Shown here piece by piece: positions 59,567 to 64,000 of a stretch of 64,000 bases of DNA. How positions within the stretch are numbered: position 1 is the stretch's first letter; each line of letters begins with the position of its first letter. The notes under the pieces are model-generated. The model saw only the letters and a list, made by a program, of their open reading frames with translations, was not told the DNA's origin and made no database searches. The position numbers were made by a program, and so were the translations under genes. This stretch comes from Octopus vulgaris (Eukaryota). The DNA lies in the NCBI GenBank assembly GCA_951406725.2, contig OX597822.1, forward strand, positions 44,330,001-44,394,000, read 5' to 3'.

Positions 59567-60289
59567 TAGGTGTGTGGGTATATATGCGTGTATGTTGGTG
59601 TGTATGTAGTTTTATGGACGGGCACAATACCATACGTAGTATTGTGAAGTGGGTTCACCTACTGGTGTGATGTGTGGCTGCCGTGGTATTGTAGCTACTG
59701 TTTCACGCTAGTAGCCTCAATAGTTACTAGTCATCGGATACCGTTTGTATCACTTCGTACTGTAATATTTATACACTAACTTCTGTCATACTATCGCTTA
59801 CAGTCGTCTCTCATCTCTTCGATTCTCGACCCTCTCTTGATGACCGGCTACTGGTGTATATACAATGGCTGAACCATATCTCTATTTACCGCGAGTGGTA
59901 TACATATTCACTATAGAACACATACATACTTACGTACGTACATATATTCGTACGCTCGTACATACATACATACATACATACATACATACATACATACATA
60001 CATACATACATACATACATACATACATACATACATACATACATACATACATGCAAAAATACCTTATTGCTGACGCTGAAATTCCTATGAAGGAGCCTTGG
60101 ATCTAGGTTACAAACCGGTTCTTTATTGTCAAGAAATCGTAAAATAAACTGAATATTGACTTACATATACACATACATGTTGATGTTGAAATTCCAATGA
60201 AGAGCATTGGATCTAGATTAGAAACCGGGTCTTTCGCTATTGTCAAGAAATATTAGAATAGACTGAATAACGACATACATACATACAGA

Positions 60290-60460
60290 TGTAATGGATT
60301 CTCCCTTCGACGTATGGTCTTTTAATGTACCTGGCATTAGGTACCTACCATTCCCCAATGTCTACAATTCCCCTTGTAACTCCTCATGTGTGTCCTCAGG
60401 CCACCAAAAGCATTATGGAGACGAGCATGACATATCAAACCACTATGTGATCTAGCTAAG
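60290..60460 (-). mobile_element. Possible RTE LINE 3' end
   Basis: LICHARLHNAFGGLRTHMRS resembles the C-terminal GL..H.R motif of RTE elements. Confidence 0.35.
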
Positions 60461-60494
60461 GAATGACGATATGAAAGAGAGGCATATATATATG

Positions 60495-60530
<36 letters not shown>

Positions 60531-60556
60531 GACATATATATATATATATATGTGTC

Positions 60557-60625
<69 letters not shown>

Positions 60626-61000
60626 AATGTCACTAAAGTGACAAGGATACATAGTGGTACCAGAATTTCTAGAAATAAGAGTCAAAAACGACTCATTAGC
60701 AACAGAAAAAAAACTATATTCGTAAACTGACGAGACAATGCTCCCTACAGGTGTAGCAGATATACTCATGTCACGTGATTTCGAATTCTAATGCAGATCA
60801 TCTCAATTCACGTCAGTGGATCTCACTCTGTTTAGGGTTAAGCTCAATTCGTCTCGTCAACTTATAAGAAAACCCGTTATAAACATGTGATGTCTCAAAC
60901 ATTTTGAATATACATATAAAAGCACTTATTTCATTATTCCCGCTACAGCATGATATTGTCAAAAGTAGATAAAAAAAAGATTATTATTATTATTATTATG

Positions 61001-61036
<36 letters not shown>

Positions 61037-61345
61037 GGTTGCGCAATGGCCCAGTGGTTAGGGCAGCGGACTCGCGGTCGGAGTTCCGGTTTCGATTCCC
61101 AGAACGGGCGTTGTATGTGTTTATTGAGCGAAAACACCTAAAGCTCCACGAGGCTCCGGCAGTGGGTGATAGTGACTCCTGTTGTACTCTTTCGCCCCAA
61201 CTTTCTCTCACTCTTTCTTCCTGTTTCTTGAGTAACGCTGCAATGGACTGGCGTCCCGTCCAGCTGGGTGGAACACATACGCCATAGAAACTTGGAAACC
61301 GGGCCCATGAGCCTGGCTAGGCTAGAAAAGGGCGCATACATAAAT
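61037..61345 (+). mobile_element. tRNA(Arg)-derived SINE family C, tail type 3
   Basis: Same head as 4631; tail ends GGGCCCATGAGCC..AAAAGGGCGC. Confidence 0.8.
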
Positions 61346-61359
61346 AATTATCATTATTA

Positions 61360-61740
61360 TTGACTTTGCACAACATCTAACACTGGAGATGTACTATAAT
61401 GTCAATTGTTCACTCCAAGTGAAATATGGTAATACCTCTTGTTTTTCGAACACATTCCGGAGTATTCAGGTGGTTCCAAGCAGTTCTGTTTTCTGCAAGT
61501 GCTTCACCCTTATTGCAGCTCCTATTTGTCCCATGTACTTCTCGAGATTTTTGCTCAGTTCCCAGAGCTCCGACAATTTTTAATACTACTGCTACCTTTT
61601 CCATCGACCACAACTGCTTAACTTCGCAAGCTAACCTGTCATATCTCTCCATTTTTCTTTCCTCCTTATCGCATACCTTGTCAGCTGGGAATGCTATATC
61701 TATGATCCAGCATAGTTTGTTTTCTTTCTCAGTTAAGACT
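61360..61740 (-). mobile_element. R4/Dong RLE 3' relic
   Basis: CWIIDIAFPAD..KMERYDRLACEVKQLW..IVGALGT. Confidence 0.75.
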
Positions 61741-61750
61741 GTCTCAATTA

Positions 61751-61785
<35 letters not shown>

Positions 61786-62015
61786 ACATATGTGTGTGTG
61801 TGTGTGCGTATGTGTGTATAAGATTACCAGTGAATGGATAGAAGAAAGTGGGTAGCATTCACCACAACTGGTATGCGTTACTTATATTATTTTTCAGCAA
61901 CACTTTTGACTTGTCGACCCTATGGAATTTTAAGCGGCATGAAAGCGAATCAGACTCTTATTAACGAATAACATATGCACCTGTTTATGCTATGGAGGAA
62001 TATACATACATACAT

Positions 62016-62998
62016 AGCCGAAATTACTACGATGATCCGGTTCTTGACTGAAGACTGAGGGTTTCGAATGTCCTGTCCGTGTTTATTGTGTCGTCTTCTA
62101 AGAGTTATACGTTCTTGTCCATGTTGTAATTTTCTACATACCTTAACATATATTCCAGGCGCCCCGTACCCCCCTTAACATTTATGTGAGCACATATTCT
62201 TAATAATTGGTACGACTCTCTGTTTGTCTCTCTCTCTCTCTCATTTTTACTTGATCTGTCCCCCTCTCTCTCTTTTCTCTCTACTCATCCTCTTTTTCTC
62301 TTCTCTTTCCTCTGATTCTTTGGTCTAGTCTTCCACTACCCTCCTATTTCTTTGTCTCGCTCTGCACTCACAGGTCATTCTTCGACACCCATCCCTTCTC
62401 CTCTCTGATTCCTTCTTTCTCTCTCTTCTCTCTCTTTGTTGCGTTTGTCCCTCCTCTCTCTCTCTCCTCTCTCTTTCTCTTCCTTTGCTTCTCTTTCTTT
62501 TCTTTTCCCTCTTCTCTGTCACGTGACTGTTGGCCGAAATCTGCCTTTCAGCTTCTGACCCTCGTCTTGTTAACATCGCTGTTTTCGTCCGCCACTATAA
62601 AGGCTTTTTCCATTGCGCCAGAGAAAAAATTTGTTTGCTTGTTATCAGTCGTAAGACACTGTTGTTTTCACCGTTAATGCTTCTGTATTTCATGTTTCTG
62701 TATTCCATTATTGTTTTTTGTTTTTTTATATCTGTCCCTTTTGCTGTCCTGGTGTTCGTATGCATTCGATCCTTCTTCCAGGAAATCTACGCTTCCAGCT
62801 TAGTTTTTCTAATGCTCGTTGCTTGGTTTTTCTTGGAGGGCTGGCCGTGATCTAGTAATCTCAAGATTAATCAGCCGAAATTACTACGATGATCCGGTTC
62901 TTGACTGAAGACTGAGGGTTTCGAATGTCCTGTCCGTGTTTATTGTGTCGTCTTCTAAGAGTTATACGTTCTTGTCCATGTTGTATTTTTCTACATAC
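62016..62998 (+). mobile_element. Non-coding retrozyme-like element with 126-bp direct terminal repeats
   Basis: 62016-62141 equals 62873-62998 with about one mismatch; CT-rich interior; flanked by (CATA)n. Confidence 0.75.
62839..62911 (+). ncRNA. Non-circularly permuted hammerhead-like RNA, copy 2
   Basis: GGCTG-GCCGtGATC-TAGTAAT-C-TCAAGA-ttaat-CAGCC-GAA-ATTACTA-cgat-GATCCGGT-TCTTGA-CTGAAGA. Confidence 0.7.
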
Positions 62999-62999
62999 T

Positions 63000-63091
<92 letters not shown>

Positions 63092-63092
63092 C

Positions 63093-64000
63093 AAGCAATA
63101 AAGGGTTTAGCAACGAATTGCCTTACCACAGACCGAATTTAGAAATAGCAGTCAAAGAGTTATAGCTATTTCTTCTACTAAAAAGGGAGATCTCAGTAAA
63201 AAACACAGCAATTGGAAGGCAGACACAAACAGGTAAGAGAATGAATTGACGGCAATCTATCATACAATGTTAAGTTATCTACGGACGCACGTTTCGAAAT
63301 CAAGTTTTTAGGAACTCAAAGTGTGAATGAAAGGATTGTGTCACCAGCCCCTTCCCACCCGCGTGTAGCCAAAACAAGATGCTATGGTCATCTACTGAGA
63401 TAAGGGGCTGGTGACACAATCCTTTCATTCACACTTTGAGTTTGGTGATACTAGTTGCGGATTCTAGCTCGCTCTGATACTGAGTTGAGTTGGTGCCTTC
63501 TAGTATCTCAAAATTCAATATATAATCACTTATGATTATAGTATTCTACGCTGAAGAGAAAAGAAGTTTGGGTAACGTAGAATTATTTAATATTTAATTC
63601 TCATGCTTTCCTAAAAACTTGATTTCGAAACGTGCGTCCGTAGATAACTTAAAATTGTATGATAGATTGCCGTCAATTCATTCTCTCTTACCTGTTTGTG
63701 TCTGCCTTCCAATTGCTGTGTTTTTTACTGAGATCTCCCTTTTTAGTAGAAGAAATAGCTATAACTCTTTGACTGCTATTTCTAAATTCGGTCTGTGGTA
63801 AGGCAATTCGTTGCTAAACCCTTTATTGCTTAGTATTACTTAAATTTTCCTCGAATGAGGCTTTTACATGCCGAAGACTACTTGGTGTAATTGATAATTA
63901 TTCCAAATTAATTAATTTCACCCTTCATTATTACGGATAACCATATTTTATCTCAGTAGATGACCATAGCATCTTGTTTTGGCTACACGCGGGTGGGAAG
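63093..64000. repeat. Young hammerhead-bearing repeat with an inverted, internally deleted copy
   Basis: 63093-63314 is the reverse complement of 63608-63831; 63313-63353 of 63402-63442; 63351-63403 of 63948-64000. Confidence 0.9.
63545..63644 (+). ncRNA. Intact type I hammerhead motif
   Basis: TCTACG-CTGAAGA-GAAA..AAGTTT/AAACTT..TTTC-GAAA-CGTGCG-TC-CGTAGA; GUC cleavage triplet. Confidence 0.8.

Overview
AT-rich eukaryotic genomic DNA, saturated with microsatellites ((TA)n, (CATA)n, (GATA)n, (TAA)n, (CA)n, (CT)n). The repeat landscape suggests a cephalopod such as octopus; this is an inference. No host protein-coding gene could be supported, and almost all listed ORFs are translated microsatellites. 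Real content: (1) a nearly intact ~3.9-kb R4/Dong-type non-LTR retrotransposon (RT, CCHC and restriction-like endonuclease) inserted in (TAA)n with a single frameshift, plus several relics; (2) a 2.35-kb ORF1-only, HAL1-like L1/Tx1 derivative with a 10-bp TSD inside a SINE head; (3) CR1, RTE, Penelope and mariner relics, Tc1 and Tigger MITEs, a Helitron, a HINE and three tRNA-derived SINE families; (4) a high density of Penelope-type hammerhead ribozyme motifs, often in inverted or direct repeats. The most notable signal is a family of non-circularly permuted, doubly pseudoknotted hammerhead-like RNAs (57461-57531 and 62839-62911, with weaker copies at 9438, 2933 and 62016). Four helices covary between the two full copies, and one copy sits in a retrozyme-like element with 126-bp direct repeats. 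All structures were read by eye and none is tested.
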